Positions 1 through 8,138 of a stretch of DNA of 61,996 bases are shown here, piece by piece. The DNA is from a virus. Taxonomy: Duplodnaviria; Heunggongvirae; Uroviricota; Caudoviricetes. Each line of letters opens with the position of its first letter. Within the stretch, counting starts at the first letter, position 1. Where the stretch lies: the IMG/VR virus record IMGVR_UViG_3300029705_000040, positions 102,209-164,204 of that record; one strand, written 5' to 3'. The notes under the pieces were generated by a model. It was not told the DNA's origin, searched no databases, and saw nothing but the letters and a program-made list of their open reading frames with translations. Made by a program: the position numbers and the translations under genes.

Positions 1-2
1 AG

Positions 3-209
3 AAAGTTCCTGCTGATGGTTTAACAGGTAAGTCCGATGAGGATAATTTCGGTTTCACATATAAGCAGTTAGATGCTTTCATTAGGGAAGGTGATTGTGG
101 GGATGAAACTCTCAACAAAAAGATGAAGAAAATGCATGATATGAGCGAACATAAATTGAGAGTTCCTGTAACATATACTGATACATGGTTTCTAAATAGA
201 AGAGATTAA
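3..209 (+). CDS. nadE: NAD+ synthetase, C-terminal part (gene starts before window)
   Basis: Frame 3 reads KVPADGLTGKSDEDNFGFTYKQLDAFIR, matching the NadE C-terminal P-x-DGL...DE-x-x-(L/F)G-x-(T/S)Y motif; ends TAA 207-209. Confidence 0.75.
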   Translation, partial: KVPADGLTGKSDEDNFGFTYKQLDAFIREGDCGDETLNKKMKKMHDMSEHKLRVPVTYTDTWFLNRRD

Positions 210-211
210 AT

Positions 212-556
212 ATGATTTATTTACATTTTGGTTTAGCTTTTTGGATAGTTTTTGGTTTATACTTCTTCTATATAATAATAGATTTAGAATATTATCATGA
301 TGACTTGATAAAAGCTGTTGTAGCATTTTATAAAAGTTTAAGACGACGCATTAGCTCATTTAATATATTTGGAAAGATTTTTTCTTATATTATAAGTACA
401 GCAGTAGCTTTGCCTGCGATATTATTGCATTATATACTCTTTATACCTTTTGTATTAATTATCTGGTTTTTACTCAATATATTTTTCTGGTTAGCTACAT
501 TAAAATTAAAGAAAGATAAAACAACAAAATGGACATCTACAGATAAAACAGAATAA
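212..556 (+). CDS. Small membrane protein, two to three hydrophobic segments
   Basis: ORF track; hydrophobic stretches at the N-terminus and at aa ~50-95. Confidence 0.6.
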   Translation: MIYLHFGLAFWIVFGLYFFYIIIDLEYYHDDLIKAVVAFYKSLRRRISSFNIFGKIFSYIISTAVALPAILLHYILFIPFVLIIWFLLNIFFWLATLKLKKDKTTKWTSTDKTE

Positions 557-586
557 TATTAAAAATCATTAAAATTATAAGTTATC

Positions 587-618
587 TAGTTGATTTCTTA
601 TAATTTTTATTATATAAT
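587..618 (+). promoter_or_regulatory. sigma70-type promoter
   Basis: TAG-TTGATT-17 bp-TATAAT; same architecture at six intergenic sites. Confidence 0.8.
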
Positions 619-648
619 ATTAATATAAGAAATATGTGAGGTAAAGAT

Positions 649-1035
649 ATGTTTTCTATTAACGATAACCACACACTTTTAGAAATGGCCTTAGTTGGAA
701 CAACTAGTGATAATATTGAAATACGAGTGTATGGAAAAGAAGGAAACATTCCACATTTTCACTTTGATCATATACAATCTAAACGAAAGGGTTGTATAAG
801 AATCGATGTTGCAGAATATTTTGATTATGGTGATAAATATAAAGATAGATTAACTAATAAAGAAATAAAAAATTTAATCTTATGGTTAAAATCTGATAAA
901 ACAGTTTTCAAAAAATTTGGTAGCAATATAACTATTTACGATTATATTAAAATATTATGGGATGATAATAATCCGAATTATCCCTTGAAAGAAGATTATA
1001 AAATTCCTGATTATGAGCAGTTGAAAAATTTTTAA
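649..1035 (+). CDS. Hypothetical protein with IPHFH motif (DUF4160-like)
   Basis: ORF track; IEIRVYGKEGNIPHFHF; GAGG RBS. Confidence 0.6.
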   Translation: MFSINDNHTLLEMALVGTTSDNIEIRVYGKEGNIPHFHFDHIQSKRKGCIRIDVAEYFDYGDKYKDRLTNKEIKNLILWLKSDKTVFKKFGSNITIYDYIKILWDDNNPNYPLKEDYKIPDYEQLKNF

Positions 1036-1052
1036 GAGAGGTATTAATTAAA

Positions 1053-1979
1053 ATGGCTAAGTGGGTCGGATATAAAAATGGAAATTATAATGTGCACATT
1101 GACCTTGAAACAGGTACAAAAGTTAGAGAAAATAATTTAGATTTTTTCGAATGTGATACTGTAGAAAGCATGGATGTTAAAATCACTAACTGCTGTGATG
1201 TTGGTTGCGCTATGTGCCATGAGAATAGTACACCTGATGGTAAGCATGCAGATATTTTGAGTCCATCTTTTTTAGATAAATTGCACCCTTATTGTGAGTT
1301 AGCTATCGGTGGTGGTAATCCTCTTGAACACCCTGATCTGCTTAAGTTTTTGGAAAAATGTAAAGAAAGAAAACATATTCCTTCTATGACTGTTAATCAG
1401 GTGCATTTTGAAAAGAATTTTGAGTATGTAAAGAATCTCTGCGAAAATAAGCTTATCTATGGCTTAGGTATTTCTTTGCAAAAAGTAACCGATTCTTTTA
1501 TTGAAAAAGTAAAGCAAATTCCTACTGCTGTTATCCATGTTATAAATGGTATTGTAACAAAAGAGCAGCTCGAGGCTTTAGCTAACAATAACATTAAAGT
1601 TTTAGTTTTAGGTTATAAAGTATTTAGACGTGGTGAGAAACTTTATGAAACTGCAAGCGAAAGCATTGAGAAAAAGAAGTCAATGCTCAAAGAACTTCTT
1701 CCTAACATTATTAAGGAAGGCTGGTTTAAGGTAATTAGCTTCGATAACCTTGCATTAAAGCAACTTGATGTTAGGTCTCATATGACCGAAGAGGAATGGA
1801 ATCGTTTCTATATGGGTGCAGATTCTGAAGAAGAGGATTATAATAATATGAGTGCAACTTTTTTTGTAGATTTAGTTGAAAGAAAATTTGCTATCAATAG
1901 TTGTTCAAATAACAGGTATGATTTGAAAGATACTGCAGAAGAAATGCTTAAATTTTTATATGAAAAATTACATAAATAA
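1053..1979 (+). CDS. Radical SAM protein
   Basis: CDVGCAMC = CxxxCxxC, followed by GGGNPLEHPD. Confidence 0.9.
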   Translation: MAKWVGYKNGNYNVHIDLETGTKVRENNLDFFECDTVESMDVKITNCCDVGCAMCHENSTPDGKHADILSPSFLDKLHPYCELAIGGGNPLEHPDLLKFLEKCKERKHIPSMTVNQVHFEKNFEYVKNLCENKLIYGLGISLQKVTDSFIEKVKQIPTAVIHVINGIVTKEQLEALANNNIKVLVLGYKVFRRGEKLYETASESIEKKKSMLKELLPNIIKEGWFKVISFDNLALKQLDVRSHMTEEEWNRFYMGADSEEEDYNNMSATFFVDLVERKFAINSCSNNRYDLKDTAEEMLKFLYEKLHK

Positions 1980-1982
1980 CAT

Positions 1983-1990
1983 GCTAAATT
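1983..1990 (+). promoter_or_regulatory. GCTAAATT putative late promoter
   Basis: Recurrent intergenic octamer, ~35 bp upstream of the HNH start. Confidence 0.6.
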
Positions 1991-2025
1991 AAGTAGTGCA
2001 ACATTATTTAAGGGAAGAAGTAAAG

Positions 2026-3078
2026 ATGTTAAAGAAACTACTTGATGAAAATTTATTAGAGAGGAATGAATTCTATGATGCATATATTGATTTAATAGCT
2101 CAAAATAAAAATCAGAAGAGAATAAAATATAAAACGGAATAGCATCATATAATTCCTAGATGTTATTTTAAAAGGCATCCATAGAAATTACCTGTGGATA
2201 ATTCAAAAGAGAATTTAATTAATTTATTACATAAAAATCATTTATTAGCACATTATTACCTAGCTAAATGTGCTACTGGTTGGTTAAAATTTTATCTTAT
2301 TTAGGCATTTACTCAACTTCAGCAGCGTCTCAACAAAAATATAAGCTGTGACATATTTAATATAATGGATGATTATTAGGTCTTAATTGAAGAAGGCTTA
2401 AAACTTAAATCAACCTTATATAAAGGCAGAAAATAGTCTGAAGAATCAAAAATTAAAAGAATAGCAACTAGGCTTGAACGTTACCCAGATGGTGTTAGAA
2501 CTAATACAGGCAAAAAGAGATTAATAAAAGATGGTATAAGAATTTTTGTTTTAAGGGACTAGGTAGAAAAATATCTGAAAGATGGTTGGAAATTTGATAG
2601 ACAACCTAGATCAGAAGAAACAAAACAAAAAATACGTGAAGCAAAAAGAGTTAATAAAAAGGTTGCGTGGAATAAGGGTTTGACAAAAGAAATAGATGCC
2701 AGAGTTGCTAAAAACGCAGAATCAACATCGAGATCTATCTAGAGAATAAAGACTGAGAATCCAGATTTATGGAAAAAACATACCGATAATATAGGAAAAC
2801 GTAAAAGAAACTGTGTTGTTGTTACAAATGGAATAGAAGATCGCATGATAAAGTTAGATTTACTAGATGAGTTTTTAGCTAATGGATATGTGAGAGGTAG
2901 AACATTTAAAAAGACTCCTGAGTAGAACAGAAAATCTGCTGAAAAGCGTAAAGGATTAAAGCCTGGAAATTTTGGTAAAATCTGTATATATAATACTACT
3001 ACTGGACATAGAACGTATATATTTGAAGAAGAATTACCTAAATATATTAATTTAGGTTATCATAAAGGAAAAAAGTAA
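2026..3078 (+). mobile_element. Free-standing HNH homing endonuclease with NUMOD3-type repeats (350 aa with TAG read as Gln)
   Basis: ATG 2026 to TAA 3076-3078 with 8 in-frame TAG (2140, 2182, 2302, 2377, 2434, 2560, 2740, 2923); HHIIPR...DNSKENLINLLHKNHLLAH HNH core; SEETKQKIREAK and AWNKGLTKE motifs; three (Y/F)L-x-x-G(W/Y) repeats. Confidence 0.85.
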
Positions 3079-3079
3079 A

Positions 3080-3154
3080 AATAGCTGCAGCAACGATCGT
3101 TATGATCTAATGGATACTGCAGAAGAAATGCTTGCATTCTTAAAGAGTGCCTAA
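3080..3154 (+). pseudogene. Orphaned second copy of the radical SAM 3' end
   Basis: Translates NSCSNDRYDLMDTAEEMLAFLKSA* versus NSCSNNRYDLKDTAEEMLKFLYEKLHK* at 1896-1979. Confidence 0.85.
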
Positions 3155-3182
3155 TATTGATTACACACTTCTTTTATTTACA

Positions 3183-3222
3183 GACCTGGATTTGAAATTA
3201 TTTTTCATTTCCAGGTCATTTT
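3183..3222 (+). terminator. Intrinsic terminator
   Basis: GACCTGGA...TCCAGGTC inverted repeat followed by ATTTTT. Confidence 0.6.
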
Positions 3223-3254
3223 TAGTTGATCTTTTTCTCGATTTATTATATAAT
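3223..3254 (+). promoter_or_regulatory. sigma70-type promoter
   Basis: TAG-TTGATC-17 bp-TATAAT. Confidence 0.8.
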
Positions 3255-3290
3255 ATATGTGTAGAAAATAAATGGAGGTGATATGTAATT

Positions 3291-3554
3291 ATGAAAAAGC
3301 TTTTAGTAAGTATTATTGCGCTAACATCTGTGTTCGCATTTTCAGGTTGCAATGAAAGTTTGGGTATGGGTAATTATAGCTTCAAAAGAGCTCATATTTA
3401 TCTCGGCGGAGAAAAAGGTGTTTGCGTAGAAGTAGAAAGCTGGCACGATAATGAGGTTGGTGTTGAGCTTAAATTAAAAGGTGGGCACAGTATCTATTGC
3501 AGCGAAGGTACATATATGCTGGTAGAAGATTATTGTCCTATTTGTGGTAAATAA
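3291..3554 (+). CDS. Small lipoprotein
   Basis: MKK + hydrophobic core + lipobox FSGC; GGAGG RBS. Confidence 0.75.
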   Translation: MKKLLVSIIALTSVFAFSGCNESLGMGNYSFKRAHIYLGGEKGVCVEVESWHDNEVGVELKLKGGHSIYCSEGTYMLVEDYCPICGK

Positions 3555-3612
3555 AAAAAAAATCCATAATTGTATAAAATAATAAAAATAAATCGGAGGT
3601 AATAATATTATT

Positions 3613-4221
3613 ATGGTAAATGAAATGTTTAATGGTATGTTTGGTAAAGTAGGTAGCGGTATGTGCAAGCTCACGACGAGCGGTAGAATTGCGGTAAATT
3701 GCGGCGGTACATACAAATCTTATAATCCGAAGAATGGTAAGCTCACTAACTGCGGTAATTTTGTCCTCCCTGTTGGTGATGATTTCTTCTTTGTAATTCC
3801 TACTAATAAGGTAGAAGTAGGTGATATTATTTTGGTAAATAAGAAACCTCGCTTTGTAAAGGAAGTAGGTAAGAATCAAATCACGGTTATCAATTACGAA
3901 AACTCTACAATTGAAACTATTCTTCCTGAAAGACATATGTTTATGGGTAACACGTACTTCTATGGTAAGATTGTATCTATGTTTGGTGATTCGCTTAAAG
4001 GTAAAGGCGGCGCAAATAACATGATGAAGTACATGATGATGTCTGAAATGATGAAAGGTAATAATGGTATGAGCGGTATGGGTTCAATGCTTCCTTTCAT
4101 GATGATGTCTGGCGGTAATTTCGAAAATATGTTCAGCGGAATTTTTGATGATGCATCTGATGATGAAGTGGAAGATGTTGAAGTTGTAGAAGAAGATGAG
4201 GCAGTGGAGGATGACGAATAA
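3613..4221 (+). CDS. Hypothetical protein with Met/Gly-rich and acidic C-terminus
   Basis: ORF track; stop overlaps next start (TAATG), so translationally coupled to the vWA gene. Confidence 0.8.
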   Translation: MVNEMFNGMFGKVGSGMCKLTTSGRIAVNCGGTYKSYNPKNGKLTNCGNFVLPVGDDFFFVIPTNKVEVGDIILVNKKPRFVKEVGKNQITVINYENSTIETILPERHMFMGNTYFYGKIVSMFGDSLKGKGGANNMMKYMMMSEMMKGNNGMSGMGSMLPFMMMSGGNFENMFSGIFDDASDDEVEDVEVVEEDEAVEDDE

Positions 4222-5108
4222 TGGGCGGCGGAAGTTGGACTACTCAAGCTTATTGTAATTATTCTGCGAGTAGAGGTAGGACAGTTTCTACGTCTTATGT
4301 TAATGGCGTAGCTACAGCTTCGCTTGCTAATTCTGCTTATTCTACTCAAGAATTTTATAAAGCAAGCAGACTTGATGAAGCGCTTAAGCCTCATAAAGTT
4401 ATGAGAGAATGCTGTGATACAGAAGAGCATCCTGAAACTATTCCTGTTATTTTTGGTCTTGATGTAACAGGCTCAATGGGAAGCTCTCTCGAATTGGTTG
4501 CTAAAAAGCTCAATGAAATTATGACTAGAATCTATCAAGAAGTAAAAGATGTTGAGTTTATGATTATGGGTATTGGTGATTTGTATTGCGATGATGCACC
4601 TATCCAAATCTCTCAATTTGAGTCAGATATTCGTATCGCTGAGCAACTTGAAAAGGTTTACTTCGAAAGAGGTGGTGGCGGTAATGGGTATGAGTCTTAT
4701 ACTGCAGCATGGTATATGGGCTCGAGACATTGTAAGCTCGATTGCTGGAAGCGTGGTAAGAAAGGTATTATTATCACTCTCGGCGACGAACCTCTCAATC
4801 CTTATCTTCCTAGAGAAGCTCTTAATAGAGCTACTGGTGATAGTGTAGAAGCAGATGTTGAAACTAAAGATCTTTATCCGGAAGTAACTGAAAAATTCGA
4901 TGTTTATCATATTGTAGTAACAGATGGTGGATCAAGCTATAGCTGGCATAAGCAAGGAATCAAAAATAGCTGGCCAGAATACCTTGATGAAGAACATCTC
5001 AAGTATGCTAAGATTGATAATCTTGCTGAAATGGTTTCTGAGATTATTACTGGACATGCTAGTTCCGGTACGACTATTAATGGAGAACTTAATACAATTT
5101 CTTGGTAA
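4221..5108 (+). CDS. vWA-domain protein
   Basis: MIDAS GLDVTGSMG, GGGGNGYESY, IITLGDE. Confidence 0.85.
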   Translation: MGGGSWTTQAYCNYSASRGRTVSTSYVNGVATASLANSAYSTQEFYKASRLDEALKPHKVMRECCDTEEHPETIPVIFGLDVTGSMGSSLELVAKKLNEIMTRIYQEVKDVEFMIMGIGDLYCDDAPIQISQFESDIRIAEQLEKVYFERGGGGNGYESYTAAWYMGSRHCKLDCWKRGKKGIIITLGDEPLNPYLPREALNRATGDSVEADVETKDLYPEVTEKFDVYHIVVTDGGSSYSWHKQGIKNSWPEYLDEEHLKYAKIDNLAEMVSEIITGHASSGTTINGELNTISW

Positions 5109-5114
5109 AAATAT

Positions 5115-6287
5115 ATGAAATGTAAAATTGTTGTTGGTGCGAATTATGGTGATGAAGGTAAGGGCTTGGTAACACATGTCCTTACCTCACAATATAAAAA
5201 GCAAAATGAAAGGGTATTAAACATCTTATACAACGGCGGTTGTCAACGTGGTCATACCGTCGAATACAAAAATGGTGCTAAACATGTTTTTAAGCATTTT
5301 GGTAGTGGTACATTAGATGGCGCAGACACATATTTCAATAAAGATTTTATATTAAATCCGACACAATTCATGACTGAGTACTCACAATTAGCTTCTTTAG
5401 ATAAAGAATATTTTAACTCAGAAATGACTAAATGTTTCTGTCATAGAGATTGTAGAGTTTCTACCCCTTATGATGCACTTTTAAATCAGATGCTCGAACT
5501 TAATAGAGATGAAAGCAGACATGGTTCGTGCGGTTGGGGTATTTTTGAAACTAGAAAAAGATATGAAAGCTCTGAGTATGACTGGTCGCTTTTAAAAATG
5601 CGTTGTTCTACTAACCAACAACTTTTTATGTACCTAGAAAAAATTGCTAAAGAATATCTTCCAGAAAAGATTGAAGAGTATGGTATAAAAGATTCTGTAA
5701 TTGAAAAATACAGAAACATTTGTATAAGCTCTGATTTAATTAACGCTTACATTTCTGATTTTAGAGCTATGTGTAAGTTAGTAGATATAATTTATTTTGG
5801 CGATTTAATTAAAAAATATGACGCTGTTATTTATGAGGGTGGACAGGGTTTAGCTTTAAGCGAAACAAATATTAGCGATTTTCCATATTTAACACCTAGT
5901 AAAACTGGCTCAGAAGTACCTATCGAAGAGATTAAACCTTACACAAATGATATCGAAGTTATTTATGTAAGCAGAACATATTTCACTAGACATGGTGCTG
6001 GTCCCTTAGCTTTTGAATGTAATAAAGATAAGCTCAATCCAGAAATTGAAGATTTAACAAATTTTCCTAATGATTTTCAAAAATCACTGCGATTCGCTCC
6101 ATTTGTAGATAAGGATCTCATAGACAGAATCTTGAAAGATGGTTGTACATATAAAAGAAGCTTATATTTAACTCATAATAATTATATTAGACAGTCGGAT
6201 ACTATATTAGAAATCCTATCTGGTTATTTTAGTAAAATTATGTTGAGTTTCGATAAGTACGGGGTAATAAATGAGTGTTTTTCTTAA
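5115..6287 (+). CDS. purA: Adenylosuccinate synthetase-like protein (divergent PurA family)
   Basis: VVGANYGDEGKG, GGCQRGHTV, HFGSGT, YEGGQG, TYFTRHGAGP. Confidence 0.8.
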   Translation: MKCKIVVGANYGDEGKGLVTHVLTSQYKKQNERVLNILYNGGCQRGHTVEYKNGAKHVFKHFGSGTLDGADTYFNKDFILNPTQFMTEYSQLASLDKEYFNSEMTKCFCHRDCRVSTPYDALLNQMLELNRDESRHGSCGWGIFETRKRYESSEYDWSLLKMRCSTNQQLFMYLEKIAKEYLPEKIEEYGIKDSVIEKYRNICISSDLINAYISDFRAMCKLVDIIYFGDLIKKYDAVIYEGGQGLALSETNISDFPYLTPSKTGSEVPIEEIKPYTNDIEVIYVSRTYFTRHGAGPLAFECNKDKLNPEIEDLTNFPNDFQKSLRFAPFVDKDLIDRILKDGCTYKRSLYLTHNNYIRQSDTILEILSGYFSKIMLSFDKYGVINECFS

Positions 6288-6597
6288 ATCAGATTTAAAT
6301 ATAACTTATGTTTCACAAGAATATTGTGATAATTTTGAAAAAGTTACTAAAGGTTTAGCTAATGCTATTGATTGCCCAGAATTAAAACCCAGTAAAAAGT
6401 TTCTAGAGAAATGCTTTAATTTATTGTTAGAGATGGATTCAGCTATTTTTGAAGCAGAATCTGTCATAAACAAACAGAGAGAAAAATTATCTGATTTCGA
6501 TTGCTTAGATGAAGATGAAGAAGAGAATATCTGGGATGAAGATAATGAAGATTTTGAAGAATCAGACTTCGATATAGATGATGAGGATGAAGAATGA
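6271..6597 (+). CDS. Hypothetical protein, acidic tail
   Basis: ORF track; overlaps both neighbours in operon fashion. Confidence 0.7.
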   Translation: MSVFLKSDLNITYVSQEYCDNFEKVTKGLANAIDCPELKPSKKFLEKCFNLLLEMDSAIFEAESVINKQREKLSDFDCLDEDEEENIWDEDNEDFEESDFDIDDEDEE

Positions 6598-7040
6598 AAC
6601 GTAAACCTATCTCAAAAGAAGTGAGAGAGTTAGTTTATCACAAATTTGGAAAACACTGCGCTTACTGTGGGTGTTATCTAGAAAATATAAAAGACATGCA
6701 AGTAGATCATTTTGCACCTGTATATTTGTTTGGAGATAATATTGATATAAAAAATTTATATCCAGCCTGCCGTAGCTGTAACAAATATAAAGATACTTTC
6801 ACAATAGAAAAATTTAGAGATCAATTAAGTAAAATTCCAGAAAGATTATCAAGAGATGTAACTACATACAACATCGCAAAAAGATATGGAATGATTCAAG
6901 AAACAAAAAAGCCTATCAAATTTTTCTATGAAGAATACACTAGCGTATTAGACTTTGATGACCTCGCAAATAAAATATTAAATAAAAATATGGCTGATAT
7001 AAAAACAGGTAATGAGGAAGAAGTCAGTGAAAAATTATAA
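6594..7040 (+). CDS. HNH endonuclease
   Basis: CAYCG...MQVDHFAP...NLYPACRSCNKYK. Confidence 0.9.
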   Translation: MKRKPISKEVRELVYHKFGKHCAYCGCYLENIKDMQVDHFAPVYLFGDNIDIKNLYPACRSCNKYKDTFTIEKFRDQLSKIPERLSRDVTTYNIAKRYGMIQETKKPIKFFYEEYTSVLDFDDLANKILNKNMADIKTGNEEEVSEKL

Positions 7041-7332
7041 TTTAACAGACATAAAAACAATTTGTGAAAGAGCAGTAAGCGAAGGAAAATGTGGAAGTAA
7101 TAGCTGTCCGATTCAAGAATTTTGTTATAAACATTTTAAAGATATTCCTAAAGATTGGGATAATATAGAAAAAATATCAGAGCCTGGAATATATAGTTGG
7201 TTTGTAGAAGAAGATGATGGATATAATTATGGCGAAGCAGGTCATGCAGAAAATTTAGAAGAAGCATTCTATAAAGCAACAGAGTATAGTCCAAAACAAA
7301 TAAAAACTATTACAATAAACAAACAAAATTAA
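7012..7332 (+). CDS. Hypothetical protein (Cys-containing N-terminus)
   Basis: ORF track. Confidence 0.65.
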   Translation: MRKKSVKNYNLTDIKTICERAVSEGKCGSNSCPIQEFCYKHFKDIPKDWDNIEKISEPGIYSWFVEEDDGYNYGEAGHAENLEEAFYKATEYSPKQIKTITINKQN

Positions 7333-7440
7333 AAGTAACATATTTGTTAATAAAAGATATTATTGTAAAGAAAACATATAGAGAATTGTAGGGAAACAAC
7401 CTTAAAACAAAAATCTCTGAAAAAATAATCAAACAATTAC

Positions 7441-7448
7441 GCTAAATT
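7441..7448 (+). promoter_or_regulatory. GCTAAATT putative late promoter
   Basis: Recurrent intergenic octamer. Confidence 0.55.
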
Positions 7449-7486
7449 AAGTGAATTGGTCAAAAAATCCATTAATAAATTTTCCT

Positions 7487-7516
7487 GGTCTAGTCAAGTA
7501 TCGGCTAGACCTTTTC
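7487..7516 (+). terminator. Hairpin with U-tract
   Basis: GGTCTAGTC/GGCTAGACC stem followed by TTTT. Confidence 0.5.
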
Positions 7517-7559
7517 TGTATAAAAATGAGAACATAGAATAATTTAGTGAGAAAATATA

Positions 7560-7567
7560 GCTAAATT
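7560..7567 (+). promoter_or_regulatory. GCTAAATT putative late promoter
   Basis: Recurrent octamer upstream of the fibre gene at 7674. Confidence 0.6.
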
Positions 7568-7673
7568 AAACGAACACAGACGTTTTCAATTATATATAAA
7601 ATTAATGGGTGCGCAACATTAATATAAAAATATAAGAAGAAAACAAATAAAAAATTTCAAGGAGTTACACAAA

Positions 7674-8136
7674 ATGGCAGGTAACAACGCAATTCAGTTC
7701 CTTAGAGGAACAACATCTGCAATAAGCAGCAGCACAGCTACACTCCTCGAAGGCCAACCTCTATATGACTACGAAACAGGTTTGTTTTACGTAGGTAAGA
7801 AGGGGGGGGGCAGTTAATTAGACAGCTCCCATAAAAGCCGGGAGTGTGAAAAACAGTCTTACAATTAAGACAAATGGAACAACAGCAGCTACTTTCGATG
7901 GTAGCTCAGCAGCAAGTGTGAATATAACACCATCATCGATTGGTGCTGCTTCCTCATCACATTCTCACTCAAATTACGCTACTATTTCTTATGTTGACGA
8001 GAAACTCAGTAATGCTGAAATGACTTGTGAATTTGATTTTTCTGGTAATACAATCACAATTACACCACCAGAACGAGCTACAGCTACAACTAGTTGGTCT
8101 ATAAACAGTGATGGCAGATTGGTTATTGAGGTGTAA
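7674..8136 (+). CDS. Short tail-fibre-like protein, currently out of frame at a G9 tract
   Basis: ATG 7674 with GGAG RBS gives MAGNNAIQFLRGT...GQPLYDYETGLFYVG (fibre anchor motif), stopping at TAA 7815; the +1 frame after G 7802-7810 continues AVN(TAG)TAPIKAGSVKNSLTIKTNG...TFDGSSAASVNIT...IGAA...SHSH (fibre repeat). Confidence 0.7.
7802..7810 (+). repeat. G9 homopolymer tract
   Basis: Nine consecutive G in an AT-rich genome; G8 or G11 would restore the frame. Confidence 0.9.
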
Positions 8137-8138
8137 TT

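Noticed and set aside
1896-3079. Group I intron in the radical SAM gene
   Set aside because: The upstream gene already has a complete C-terminus and stop, the insert is almost all ORF, the junction before 3080 does not end in G, and no intron core is evident
5115-6287. PurZ / 2-aminoadenine (Z-genome) pathway
   Set aside because: The protein keeps the PurA Asp in GDEGKG (PurZ has Ser there), and no datZ- or mazZ-like neighbours are recognisable
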